Of a stretch of DNA of 64,000 bases, positions 20,009 to 29,663 are shown one piece after another. This stretch comes from a bacterium (lineage in GTDB: Bacteria; RBG-13-61-14; DATKZS01): contig CAXXFL010000006.1 of assembly GCA_963674965.2 (NCBI GenBank), positions 672,001-736,000 on the forward strand, given 5' to 3'. The position numbers and the translations under genes are program-made. How positions within the stretch are numbered: position 1 is the stretch's first letter; every line of letters begins with the position of its first letter. The notes beneath the pieces are model-generated. The model made no database searches, was not told the DNA's origin, and saw only the letters and a program-made list of their open reading frames with translations.

Positions 20009-20695
20009 CTATCCGAAGCCGCCGTACTGTCCCGGTCCCGACTGGCTCATGGGGAGGACCCGGCGCGGCCGCCTTCCCCTCACCACCGCCAACACGATCA
20101 GGGCGACGGATACAAAGACGGTCAGGAATAGAATGCCGATGGAGGAGAAGATCGTGATCAGGAGGTCGGTGACGAAGCCTTTGTCGATGGCCAGCACCGT
20201 CTCGGGCCCTTCCTCGCCCCCCTGGTAAAAGGCGGACAAATGGTATTCGCCCGCCTGTCCGGCGGAAAAGGAAAAGACCCCGTAGGCCGAGGTGGATCCC
20301 ATGTTGTAGGTCTGGTTGCTCATGAGAGGGCCCAGGGGCACGTTCTCGCCTGAGGGACCGGTAAGGGTTATATTCATGCTCCCGAGTTGGGCGCCCGAGG
20401 AATAGACCTTGCCGTCCACCACGCTCCGGTACTCGTGGAACACCGTGTACGAGCCGGGCTCCTCCAAGCGGAACGTCCGCTCGCCGGGGACCACCAGCCG
20501 GACCATGTCGTCACCCATGCCGGAAATGGACCTGATAAGAAAAAAGACGAACAGGCCGATACCCATGGCGAGAATCAACCCGGCCATCAGGAAAAAAATC
20601 ATCCCCGATGAGCGCCCGTCCCCGCTTGTTCCAAGGGTCCCCGGCTCCAGCGCCCCGGGGCTCATTCCCATGTCGTTATTCTGGTAATAGCTCAC
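20009..20695 (-). CDS. hypothetical membrane protein (2 TM, beta-rich external domain)
   Basis: Two hydrophobic helices flanking a soluble domain; 21 nt downstream of the radical SAM gene. Confidence 0.75.
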   Translation of the reverse strand: MSYYQNNDMGMSPGALEPGTLGTSGDGRSSGMIFFLMAGLILAMGIGLFVFFLIRSISGMGDDMVRLVVPGERTFRLEEPGSYTVFHEYRSVVDGKVYSSGAQLGSMNITLTGPSGENVPLGPLMSNQTYNMGSTSAYGVFSFSAGQAGEYHLSAFYQGGEEGPETVLAIDKGFVTDLLITIFSSIGILFLTVFVSVALIVLAVVRGRRPRRVLPMSQSGPGQYGGFG

Positions 20696-20716
20696 GTCAT
20701 CTCTCCCCGCGGCCCG

Positions 20717-21808
20717 TCAGGTCCGGGCCTGAATCCTGGCGTATTCCCATAGTATGGACGGCCAGCTCCTCAGGTTAAAAAAGATCGTGTTGGACAGGAA
20801 ACACTGGTGATAGCACGAGCACCGCGAGGATAGAATCTCGCCTCTTATGGCCCGGGCTTTTTCCGAGTTCCACAGGGCCGGGAAGTCGTAGCCCGATTCC
20901 CGTACCGAGCCGATGGGCTCGGGCCAAAGCTCGCAGGGGAAGACCTCGCCCTCCGGCAGAAGCACGCCGGCCACTCGTCCCGCCTCGCAGGGCAGATGGT
21001 AAGAGCCGCTCCGGTAGATATCCAGGGCCATGCGCCTCAGGATTACGTCCTTGGCGTGGAGCAGGCCGCTGAAAAAGCCGTAGCCTCGCACCGCTCCTTT
21101 CCTTATATCCTCTTCCATCAGGTTATAGACCTTCGCCACCTCGTCCGTATCGAGCTCACGGGCGCCCTCTTCCATGGGCACTCCCCTCGTGAGGATCAGG
21201 TTGATGGCGTCGGGTTTGATCTCGTCCCTCACCAGCTTGTAGGTCTCGACCAGCCTTCCCGCGTTGAAGGCGGAGGCCGTGACGTCCACCAGGATGGTCA
21301 GGTTGGGGTGGGCGCGCTTAAGCGCCCGAAGGCGCTCGAGGGATTCAGCGGTCCGCTTGAAGAAGTTCTCCCGTCCCCGTATCTCGTCGTTCAGCTCCGG
21401 CGGCCCCTCGATGGGCAGGCCCACGGTGACGTTCGAGCGCGGGCAGGCCTCGAGGATTTGCTTCATGCCCGCCCCGACCCTCTCGGGGTGGAAGCCGTTG
21501 GTGGCGATCCCCAGGTGATAGACCTTGTTGTTGCGGTAGAAAGTCTCGACCAGCCGGGGAAAGTCATCGCGCAGGAAGGGCTCGCCGCCGGTAAAGGTCA
21601 CCTGGAGAAGGGGACCCATCGAGGCGGAGACCTTCTCCACCTCCTCCGGCGTAAGGGGCGACTCCTCCTTGTTAAGGGACTCCCAGTAAAAGCAGTGCTT
21701 GCATCGTCCCGAGCACTTGCTGGTCACGAAGAATATCAGGTAGGTCGGGTGGGACAGTGGCCCGCGCCCGAAATACTTAAGCGACGTTATGGCGGTTTTA
21801 AAGTCCAA
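20717..21808 (-). CDS. radical SAM protein with Twitch/SPASM-like C-terminus
   Basis: CSGRCKHC, FTGGEPF; C-terminal CEAG...GEVFPCE...CSCYHQC. Confidence 0.92.
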   Translation of the reverse strand: MDFKTAITSLKYFGRGPLSHPTYLIFFVTSKCSGRCKHCFYWESLNKEESPLTPEEVEKVSASMGPLLQVTFTGGEPFLRDDFPRLVETFYRNNKVYHLGIATNGFHPERVGAGMKQILEACPRSNVTVGLPIEGPPELNDEIRGRENFFKRTAESLERLRALKRAHPNLTILVDVTASAFNAGRLVETYKLVRDEIKPDAINLILTRGVPMEEGARELDTDEVAKVYNLMEEDIRKGAVRGYGFFSGLLHAKDVILRRMALDIYRSGSYHLPCEAGRVAGVLLPEGEVFPCELWPEPIGSVRESGYDFPALWNSEKARAIRGEILSSRCSCYHQCFLSNTIFFNLRSWPSILWEYARIQART

Positions 21809-21877
21809 TTGAAAAGCCTCTTGCCCTCCCCGGCCAATGACCCTCGCGCTCCGGCGAGGTCATTGAATTATTATAGC

Positions 21878-22897
21878 TCAAATCCAGCCGGGCCTTCCGT
21901 AAGGAGACCGGCCCAGCAGGCGGCCCAATACTCCGGCGGCCGCGCCGGCGCATATGGCCAGCAGCCCGAGCGCGTAAAGGCCGAAGGCCGGGATCGATCT
22001 CCATCTAAGACGCGCGCGCAGAAGACGTCCCAGGCCGTGATTGAGATAAAAATATCCCATAAAGGCCGGCGCGAAAAGAACCGTCATTTCGGGCGCCCAT
22101 GGAATACACAGCAGGCAAGCCGCGAGAAGCGCGATGGACGCGGCGTTTTCCGCGCTTTTAAAGCTGGGCGCTCGCCTGGGCAGTCTTCCGGCCAGGGTCA
22201 GCTTCATGCCCAGGACGGCCTTTTTATAGTCGTTGGCCAGCATGCCGGCCAAGGAGAAGTGATGGGCGTGGGCGCCCTCGGCCGCGGGCAGGTATCGCAG
22301 ATCGTATCCCGCCTCGGACAGGGCCAGTCCCAGTTCCATGTCCTCGGCGCTGGCCCCCTGGTAGCGCTCGTCGAACCCGCCCACTTCGAGGAAGGCCTCC
22401 CGCCTGACCGCCCCCAGCGCCCCCCAGAACCAGTCTATCCTCTCGGGGGAGAGGTCGTGATGGTAGCGGGTGAAGGCGTTATGGTACTCGTTGATTATTC
22501 CCCTCGCCGCCGGCTTCTCCGAGTATCTTCCCACCACCCCGGCCACCTCGAGGTCCTCGTCCATGCGGCTTATAATGGACGCCAGCGCGTTGGGGTCGAG
22601 GAAAACGTCCGAGTCCACGAAAACCAGGACCGGCGCCGACGACTCTGCGACCCCCCTGTTCCTGGCGGCGGCGGCCCCGGAGTTTTTCTCCATAACCGCG
22701 AGCTTCACGAAGGGAAGTCGGGCCTTATCGGCGCCTCCGTCGGTGGAGGCGTCGTCCACCACGATCACCTCGAGGTCGCCCGGCTCGATTCCCCGCTGAT
22801 TTTCGATCGCCTCGAGGCACTTCCCGATCGAGTCGCCGGCGTTGTACATGGGCACGATCACGGCCAGCCTCGGCGTGTCCCGCTCGGCCGCGCTCAT
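21878..22897 (-). CDS. GT2 glycosyltransferase with C-terminal TM helices
   Basis: VIVPMYN, VVDDASTD, AAARNRG, FVDSD, GGFDE, EDMELG. Confidence 0.93.
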   Translation of the reverse strand: MSAAERDTPRLAVIVPMYNAGDSIGKCLEAIENQRGIEPGDLEVIVVDDASTDGGADKARLPFVKLAVMEKNSGAAAARNRGVAESSAPVLVFVDSDVFLDPNALASIISRMDEDLEVAGVVGRYSEKPAARGIINEYHNAFTRYHHDLSPERIDWFWGALGAVRREAFLEVGGFDERYQGASAEDMELGLALSEAGYDLRYLPAAEGAHAHHFSLAGMLANDYKKAVLGMKLTLAGRLPRRAPSFKSAENAASIALLAACLLCIPWAPEMTVLFAPAFMGYFYLNHGLGRLLRARLRWRSIPAFGLYALGLLAICAGAAAGVLGRLLGRSPYGRPGWI

Positions 22898-24606
22898 TTT
22901 TGGCCTCCCACCAGCGCGGAGTCCTTCCTGTCCCTTTTGACGAGGACGACCATTTCCACGTCGTGCTCGGGGTCCAGGGCCACGTAGTAGCCTCGGTTGA
23001 AGTAATCCGGCTTATATCGAAAGACCACGTCATAGCCGGTCTCGCCGGCCATGATGGAGTCGGCCAGGGGCGCCAGCCAGTATTCTCCCGTCTCCTTGTC
23101 TACGATCCATCGCTCGTCGTAAATGGGAGCGGTCGCGGCGTCCTTGTATACTTTCCGAAAACCTCCCAGGGCCCAGGCGTCGATAATGATTACGTCCGGG
23201 TCGGTCTCGCCTATCAACTCCTCGGTGAAACTCTGGGGCCAGACCAGGCTTAGTCCCGGGACTCCCAGCGCCCGGGTCGGCTCGTGGACGGACATGAGGA
23301 GGACGCGGCTATCAGGCGCTACCCTCTTTTGTATCCATTCACCCAGCTTGTCGTGATGGGAATAGAACATGGACCAGTGGGCGTCCACGCGGAGGACGCT
23401 CCAGACAAGAAGCAAAACCGCGATAAAGGGACCGAGGGTCCTCACGGCCGGCCTGGGCGATATGGCCAGGTCGGAAACCAGTTCCACGGCCATGAGTATC
23501 CCGATGGGGACCATGTTGAGGAAAAGATAATAGGCGAAAGCCCCGCCCTTGGGACCGCCCGAGTGCGTAGCGAAGACATAGATGAAGATCGCAAAATTCA
23601 AGGCCAGGTAAAAGTCGGTGGGAAGCCTCTTTTTCACGTGGTTAATAAAACCGACTATGGCGGCCCAGAAAAGAGGCAAGCCAAAAACAAAGGGAAGCAC
23701 GATGGACCCGAGGTAGTAATATCGGTCCCGCCACCAGACGTGAGGGTCGGTGTGATAAAAGCTGTGAATTTCGGCCTGGCGATAAAGCCATCCCATGTTG
23801 ACCAGCGTGTCCTTGAACCTTATGAACGAGTATGGCGACCCGATAAAGGCGGCGGCGGCCATGATTATCAAGGCGAGGTAAATATGAGGTGACTTGATTA
23901 TCGAGAGATAGGACCGTTTTCCCTCCAGGCATTTGTATACGACCAGGGGCGTCAGGGTCACGCCCAGTTGGTAATTGTTTTTAGTCACCACGGAGAATCC
24001 CGCCATAAGAGCGGCCGCGGCCAGCCATCGTCCGCTTCCCTCGCGATGGTACATGACGGCGGAGTAATATCCCGCCGTCATCCAAAAGAGGTTCAGCGAG
24101 TCCACTTTGGCCATGGCCGACATGGAGACGTGCATGGTATTAAGGGTCAGGAGCAAAGTGGCGAAAAGGGCCCAGCGCCAGTTGAGGTAGAGCTTGAACA
24201 GGAGATGGGCGGCCGCCAGGGACGCCATGGCGAAGGCGAGAGATATCCAGCGGGTGAGGTTAATCGTCACCGGGCTGAGGGGATCGAGTCCTCGGAAGAA
24301 CTCGGGGACGACGGATATCCCGCTTTGCATGATTTGGCCCACGAGGCCGGGAATGGCCCAGATAATATAGAAGATCGCGTTGACGTAAAAACCCAACGCC
24401 GGGTAAAAGCCGTGGGCCGTGTCCATGGTGGGACCTGACAGCAGGTGAAGGGTCACGCTGGTGGCCCTCTTTTCATCCTCGAAAAGAAACCATGGAAGCA
24501 GGGCGTCCAGGTGGCGGAGGCGAAGTAAAAGGGCGACGGTAAGAACGGCCAGGAGCCCGAGGTACTCCAGCCTTTTCTCTCCCAGTCCCTCCTTTTCCAT
24601 CTTCAT
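22894..24606 (-). CDS. GT-C (ArnT/PMT-like, GT39/83) membrane glycosyltransferase
   Basis: LLLRL..L...EDE loop-1 motif, FYPAL, many TM helices, TK motif, C-terminal soluble domain. Confidence 0.78.
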   Translation of the reverse strand: MKMEKEGLGEKRLEYLGLLAVLTVALLLRLRHLDALLPWFLFEDEKRATSVTLHLLSGPTMDTAHGFYPALGFYVNAIFYIIWAIPGLVGQIMQSGISVVPEFFRGLDPLSPVTINLTRWISLAFAMASLAAAHLLFKLYLNWRWALFATLLLTLNTMHVSMSAMAKVDSLNLFWMTAGYYSAVMYHREGSGRWLAAAALMAGFSVVTKNNYQLGVTLTPLVVYKCLEGKRSYLSIIKSPHIYLALIIMAAAAFIGSPYSFIRFKDTLVNMGWLYRQAEIHSFYHTDPHVWWRDRYYYLGSIVLPFVFGLPLFWAAIVGFINHVKKRLPTDFYLALNFAIFIYVFATHSGGPKGGAFAYYLFLNMVPIGILMAVELVSDLAISPRPAVRTLGPFIAVLLLVWSVLRVDAHWSMFYSHHDKLGEWIQKRVAPDSRVLLMSVHEPTRALGVPGLSLVWPQSFTEELIGETDPDVIIIDAWALGGFRKVYKDAATAPIYDERWIVDKETGEYWLAPLADSIMAGETGYDVVFRYKPDYFNRGYYVALDPEHDVEMVVLVKRDRKDSALVGGQK

Positions 24607-26009
24607 CACAGGAACTTGAGTCGGAAATGTTTCAGCCCGACCTTGACGAAGTCCATCGGCTTGGGCATGGTCGAGACGATCCTCCAGGCCCGTCTCGGGC
24701 TGCCGTAGAATTTCCAGTGCGCGGTCCGGTGCATCCTCTCGAGGGTCGCGTCGTCAACGGCCGAGAGGTTGGCCGTCACCTTCTGATAAGACGCGTCGTC
24801 GGGATCGAACTCGACTTCCTTTCCCGCCTCGGCCGCCATCCGGCTTACCTCGGTCCCCGGGAACGGGCTCAGGATGGCGAAGCCCGCCGTGTGAAGGTCG
24901 CTGGCCGCGGCGAAATCAATGGTCCGCCGCATCTCCTCCTCGGTCTCGGTGGGAAAGCCGAGCATGAAGAACCCGTGCGTGAATATCCCCCGGGAGGCGG
25001 TCCTCTCGATCCCGTCCTTTATGGCCTCGAGCGAGAGCCCCTTCCGGATCATCTTCTGTATCCGCTCGTCGCCGCTCTCGATCCCGAGGTTGACCTTGTA
25101 GACGCCGGCCTCCTTCATAAGGTCCAGAAGGCCGTCGGGCAGGCGGTCGCCCCTCATCCCGTTGGGGAAGGCCAGCTTGTAATCGAGTCCCTCCTCCATC
25201 ATGCCCGTGAGGATTTGCATGGCCCGCTCCGGCCGGCAGTTGAAGCAGTCGTCGATAACGTGCAACTCGCGTATGCCCAGCTCTCTTTGCAGGAACTTCA
25301 TTTCCTCGAGGACGTTTTCAACTGACCTTCCCCTGAACTTCTTGCCGAACATGTTATGGCAGAATATGCAGCGGAAGGGACAGGCGCGGGAGGTAAAGAT
25401 GGTCGTCACCTCCCGCCTGAAGGTGATGTCGTTCTGGTTGAGCATGACGTCGGTGAAGTACCGGCGCGGCTCGATGAGGTCCCAGGCCGGGAAAGGTATC
25501 TCGTCCAGGTCGGAAACGTACTCGCGCGGCGGGCCCAGGATCAGCTCTCCCTCCTTCATTACGGCGGTCCCGGGCACGCCCTCGAAACCCTTTTGGTCCA
25601 CCGCCCTGTCCACCAGGTCGACGAAGGTCAGCTCGCCCTCCCCCATGGCCGCCACGTCCACGTTCGCGTCGGACAGGGTCCAGCGGGGGGCCGCGCTCGG
25701 GTGAGGACCTCCGACCGCCACCGGGACCTTCCGGTCCCATGACTTGATCCGGGCGGCCAGGGCGTGCATGCACGAGGCCTGGAAGCTCATGGCGTGGATG
25801 GCCACCAGGTTCGGTTTGAAGTCCTCGAGTATCTCGTCTATGGCCGACGCCCGGGCCCTCTTTTCCATCATGTCGAAAAGGCGAAGCTCGTGCCCCGGCC
25901 TTCTCGAGCGCAAATAAGACGCTAGATACATGAGGCCATGAGGCGGATAACACTGGTAAACGAACCTCTCCGGCGCCGTCACGCCCGACTCGACCAGAAG
26001 TATCCGCAT
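24606..26009 (-). CDS. B12-binding-domain radical SAM enzyme
   Basis: PPHGLMYLASYL, GGPHPS, GEGE, TSRACPFRCIFC, GIESG, FMLGFPTET. Confidence 0.93.
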   Translation of the reverse strand: MRILLVESGVTAPERFVYQCYPPHGLMYLASYLRSRRPGHELRLFDMMEKRARASAIDEILEDFKPNLVAIHAMSFQASCMHALAARIKSWDRKVPVAVGGPHPSAAPRWTLSDANVDVAAMGEGELTFVDLVDRAVDQKGFEGVPGTAVMKEGELILGPPREYVSDLDEIPFPAWDLIEPRRYFTDVMLNQNDITFRREVTTIFTSRACPFRCIFCHNMFGKKFRGRSVENVLEEMKFLQRELGIRELHVIDDCFNCRPERAMQILTGMMEEGLDYKLAFPNGMRGDRLPDGLLDLMKEAGVYKVNLGIESGDERIQKMIRKGLSLEAIKDGIERTASRGIFTHGFFMLGFPTETEEEMRRTIDFAAASDLHTAGFAILSPFPGTEVSRMAAEAGKEVEFDPDDASYQKVTANLSAVDDATLERMHRTAHWKFYGSPRRAWRIVSTMPKPMDFVKVGLKHFRLKFL

Positions 26010-26010
26010 C

Positions 26011-26952
26011 TCAGTCCTTGCCCCGAACAGCGAAAACCAGAACGTGGCCGGCCGGAAGGTTAAGACCCGTGACCACGAAACGAAGGGCCCTGAATCCGAG
26101 CCGGGCCAGGCGGTCGAGAAGCGGCGAACCCTCGCCCCCCAGGAACTCGGGGACAAGGAGGGACGTCCTGTGGTCGATCACGCCGAGACCCACCTTGTGG
26201 CACGCCCTCTGCAGAGTGTCCAGGGAATACTCGTAAAGATGGTAAGGCGGCGGCGGGGTCCCGGACTTGGACAGCTTCAAGGCGGACAGAAGCTTGTTGT
26301 CCAGCTTGCCCAGGGTCCAGCTAATGGGAAAATGCCTGGCGGCACGGTAATAAAAGGAGTTGACGTAAGTGGGCACCTTGATGGCCACCAGGCCGTCGAT
26401 GGCGGCTATTCTTTTAACCTCGGTCAGGAACTCGATGGGCTCGGGCTCGTGCTCGAGCAGGTCTCCCAGAAAGACGACGTCGAAGGTCTTCTCGGGAAGT
26501 CCCAGGTCGGCCAGGCGTCCGCGATGGACGGTAAGACCGAACTGCTCGGCCGCCGTTCTCGCCGCCCACTCGGAAACGTCCACCCCCTCGACCTGGAAGC
26601 CCGAGCGGCCGGCGTAATTAAGGAAGCTGCCGCCCGCGCATCCGACCTCGAGGAAACGGCCCGATCGCTTGTATTTCCTGATGAACTCGAGAATCTCCCG
26701 GTACTCCTCGACGCGGCTGGCCTCGGTCTCGAGGTAGGCGCCGGCCCGGACACCGCAGGAGAAATCCTCGTTGAAATAGTCCGCGGTGTACATGGCGCCC
26801 GCCCGCTCGGGATCGAGCATGGGGGTCACGCGGGCCAGGCCGCAGCCCCGGCAACGGACGAGGTCGAAGGTTTCTCCCTCCAGCGCGTACACCTCGGGAA
26901 GGTACATGTCGTAGTCGGTCCCCTCACAAAGACGGCAGGCCTTGAGTTTCAT
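26011..26952 (-). CDS. class I SAM-dependent methyltransferase with N-terminal Zn motif
   Basis: CRLC...CRGC; LEVGCAGG motif I; DLLEH. Confidence 0.9.
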   Translation of the reverse strand: MKLKACRLCEGTDYDMYLPEVYALEGETFDLVRCRGCGLARVTPMLDPERAGAMYTADYFNEDFSCGVRAGAYLETEASRVEEYREILEFIRKYKRSGRFLEVGCAGGSFLNYAGRSGFQVEGVDVSEWAARTAAEQFGLTVHRGRLADLGLPEKTFDVVFLGDLLEHEPEPIEFLTEVKRIAAIDGLVAIKVPTYVNSFYYRAARHFPISWTLGKLDNKLLSALKLSKSGTPPPPYHLYEYSLDTLQRACHKVGLGVIDHRTSLLVPEFLGGEGSPLLDRLARLGFRALRFVVTGLNLPAGHVLVFAVRGKD

Positions 26953-28370
26953 CTCTCGTACTTGATTTCCAGGTACTCGTCGGCGATCACCGGACCGTCT
27001 CCCCCCCCTCCTTTTCCCATGGCGGTAAGGGCGGCCCGAATGCCCGTCTCGATCGAGTGGTCCATGTTGTTGTAAACGAACTGGCCATAACGCCCCATCA
27101 GGATGAGGTCGCCGATGGAGTCGATGTATTTCTTGATCACGCCCAGAGGCTCCATGTGCCCGATGTCGTGCAGGGGGTAGGCCTTCTTCGCCCTGACCAC
27201 GCAGTGGTCGATCACATAGCGCTCGGAGCCGGGCGCGAGCTTGATGCGCTCGAAGTCGGCCAGGGTCTTTTTGACCAGGTCCTTGTCGTCCATTTTCCAG
27301 ACCTCGTCGGTCTCGAAGCAGAAGTACTCGAAGACCAGGGAGGTCTTGTCCGGCGGGCTCATGGCCGGGCTCCAGTTGGTCGGCTCGTGGAGTCGGCCGA
27401 ACCCTATCTCCGGGTCGGGGATGTAGACCCAGGTGTCGTTGGTAATTCGTTTCCTGTCGAACATGACGGTCACGATGACTAGGTCGCGGTACCGAAGCTT
27501 CATGGCCGCCTTCTTGACCTCGTCCGGCGCCGGCGGGTCGAGGATCATGATCAGCTCGGTCACGGGTATGCTCGAGAGGACCTTGTCCCCCTCGAGGATT
27601 TCCTCGCGCCCGTCCTTGTGCCTCACCTTGACGCCCGTGACCCGGCCGTTCTCGTGGAGAACGCCCACCGCCCGGGCGTTTAGTTTGATCTCGTTTCCCT
27701 TCCTGATCTCCTGGGCCAGGCGCTCGCTTATTCTTCCTATCCCGTGGGCCGGATACTTGAAGGACCCGATAAGGCTCACGGGCTTTTCCTTGCCGGGAAG
27801 GATGCTTTCCTTGATGGTCCCCAAAAGGCTCATGCCCTTGATGCGCTGGGCCGCCCAGTCGGCGGAGATGTGGTCGCAGTTGACCCCCCAGACCTTCTCG
27901 GTGTAGGTCTTGAAAAATATCTCGTACATGCGCCGGCCGAACTGCTGGGTCATCCAGTCCTCGAGGGTCACCACGTCCTTGCCGCTGTACCTTATCTTGT
28001 CCGCCACGAAGGAGTACAAGATGCCGAGCGACATGAGCGGCCCCAGTCCCTGGAAGGCGTTCATGAAAGTGGGAGGATAATTGAAATACTTTTGAAGGAA
28101 GTAAATCTTGCTCGAGCGGTCCACGTCGATAAGCTCGTCCACCATCAGCTCGTGAAGGAACTGGTCGAGCTCGGCCTTCTTGGTGAAGAAGCGGTGTCCC
28201 CCCAGGTCGAAGAGGAAATCGTTGTGCGAGTGGGTGCGCGAAAGCCCCCCTACCCCGTCGTCTTTCTCGAGCACCGTGGCCGGTACCTTGAAATCGGTCA
28301 GAATCTTGCCGGCTGTGAGTCCGGCCGGCCCTCCTCCCATGATGATCGCGCGCTTTATTTCTTCCGACAT
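26949..28370 (-). CDS. FAD-dependent oxidoreductase (UDP-galactopyranose mutase/HemY-like superfamily)
   Basis: GGGPAGL, VGGLSRT, GGHRFFTK, YTEKVWG, GRYGQFVYNNMDHS. Confidence 0.87.
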   Translation of the reverse strand: MSEEIKRAIIMGGGPAGLTAGKILTDFKVPATVLEKDDGVGGLSRTHSHNDFLFDLGGHRFFTKKAELDQFLHELMVDELIDVDRSSKIYFLQKYFNYPPTFMNAFQGLGPLMSLGILYSFVADKIRYSGKDVVTLEDWMTQQFGRRMYEIFFKTYTEKVWGVNCDHISADWAAQRIKGMSLLGTIKESILPGKEKPVSLIGSFKYPAHGIGRISERLAQEIRKGNEIKLNARAVGVLHENGRVTGVKVRHKDGREEILEGDKVLSSIPVTELIMILDPPAPDEVKKAAMKLRYRDLVIVTVMFDRKRITNDTWVYIPDPEIGFGRLHEPTNWSPAMSPPDKTSLVFEYFCFETDEVWKMDDKDLVKKTLADFERIKLAPGSERYVIDHCVVRAKKAYPLHDIGHMEPLGVIKKYIDSIGDLILMGRYGQFVYNNMDHSIETGIRAALTAMGKGGGGDGPVIADEYLEIKYER

Positions 28371-28385
28371 TTCATTAACTCCGGG

Positions 28386-29663
28386 CTATGCCACCCAATA
28401 TCCGTTTACGTACAAGGCCGCGAAAAGTCCAAAGGCCCCGGCAAAAAGGCAAATGGCCGCCATCCTCGCCGCCGGCCTTCCCTCCAGTAGCCGGGCAAGC
28501 TCGATAAACAAGGGAAGGCACTGGACCTGGTAGCGAAGATAGCTGTGGTTGCTGTTGGTGGCGTGAAAGGCGAAAAAGAGCGCCATCCAAATCCAGTAGC
28601 TTTTCCTCGCCCCCTTGAACCCCAGAAACAGAACGGCCAGAAGCAGGCCGTGGAGGGGCAGTTCCTTCATCCACACGTGCCATCCCTTGTTATAGGTCTC
28701 CTTCATCATCAGCCAGGGCCAGTTGAGAGTGCCGTACTCGTTCACCTCGTGGACCCTGGTCCATATGAGCGCGTCCCCCGCGGCGAGGTAAAAGCCAAGG
28801 AGCACCGCCATCGTTCCCATCGGTATAAGGAGGGCCCACCATACCCCGGGCCACTCTCTGATCCCGGCCAGGGCGCCTTTGATTCCCGAGGGGGACAGGA
28901 CCCGGGCAAAGCCGTCTCCTTCTCCCTCGGTCCTGGCCGCCATCCACTCGTAAAAGAGCGGGACCGCGAGAAACGCGCCGAAAATCCTCGTGGCGGCGGC
29001 GGCGGCCCCCAGCGCGCCGCAAAGGAGGAACTTCTTTTTCCGGGCCGAGAGCATGGCCCCGGCGGCCAGGGCCAGGAACATGGACTCGTTATAAGCCCCG
29101 GTCAGGGAGTATCCTCCCGGGTGGAAAGCCGCCAGGGACACGGCCAGGGCCGCGCCCGCCGCTTTCAGGTCCTCCCGGGCGAGCATGTATAACAACACGC
29201 AATATATTACCGTGAAAAGGTTGGACAGGAAAACCGCCGAGGCGACGTAGTCCAGCCCCGCCGCTCCCGCGGCCCGGACCAGCCAGACGAACCCCAGCCA
29301 ATGCCTGTACCCGTAGCCGCTCCCGATGGGCTCGGGTTTGCCTTTCCACAGGCCCTGCTCTCGTCCCAGTTCGTCCATAACTCGAAGGCGGGCGGTCTCC
29401 CGGGCCAGGTCGTAGTCGCCCGAGGCGAGCTTTGCGTGGCCGATGGCGGCCACTCTCACGAACCAGGCCCCGTCGAAATTAGCGAGGTTGTCCATGAACG
29501 AGGTGTCGGGCCTGGTCATCCAAAGGTCGGCTTTATACTCGGCCCGGGGCAGGAACATCCAGCCGTAGTACATGAGAATAAGGGCGATGATTTTGAGGGA
29601 GAGGGCGAGGGTTACGGCTCTGGCCCAATCCTTTTTTAGGGTCGAGCCGGCGGACTCTACCAA
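28386..29663 (-). CDS. GT-C glycosyltransferase, PIG-V/GT76-like
   Basis: NFDGAWFVRVA (WD-like loop), AYNESMFLAL, AAATRIFG, SYLRY; multi-TM. Confidence 0.75.
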   Translation of the reverse strand: MVESAGSTLKKDWARAVTLALSLKIIALILMYYGWMFLPRAEYKADLWMTRPDTSFMDNLANFDGAWFVRVAAIGHAKLASGDYDLARETARLRVMDELGREQGLWKGKPEPIGSGYGYRHWLGFVWLVRAAGAAGLDYVASAVFLSNLFTVIYCVLLYMLAREDLKAAGAALAVSLAAFHPGGYSLTGAYNESMFLALAAGAMLSARKKKFLLCGALGAAAAATRIFGAFLAVPLFYEWMAARTEGEGDGFARVLSPSGIKGALAGIREWPGVWWALLIPMGTMAVLLGFYLAAGDALIWTRVHEVNEYGTLNWPWLMMKETYNKGWHVWMKELPLHGLLLAVLFLGFKGARKSYWIWMALFFAFHATNSNHSYLRYQVQCLPLFIELARLLEGRPAARMAAICLFAGAFGLFAALYVNGYWVA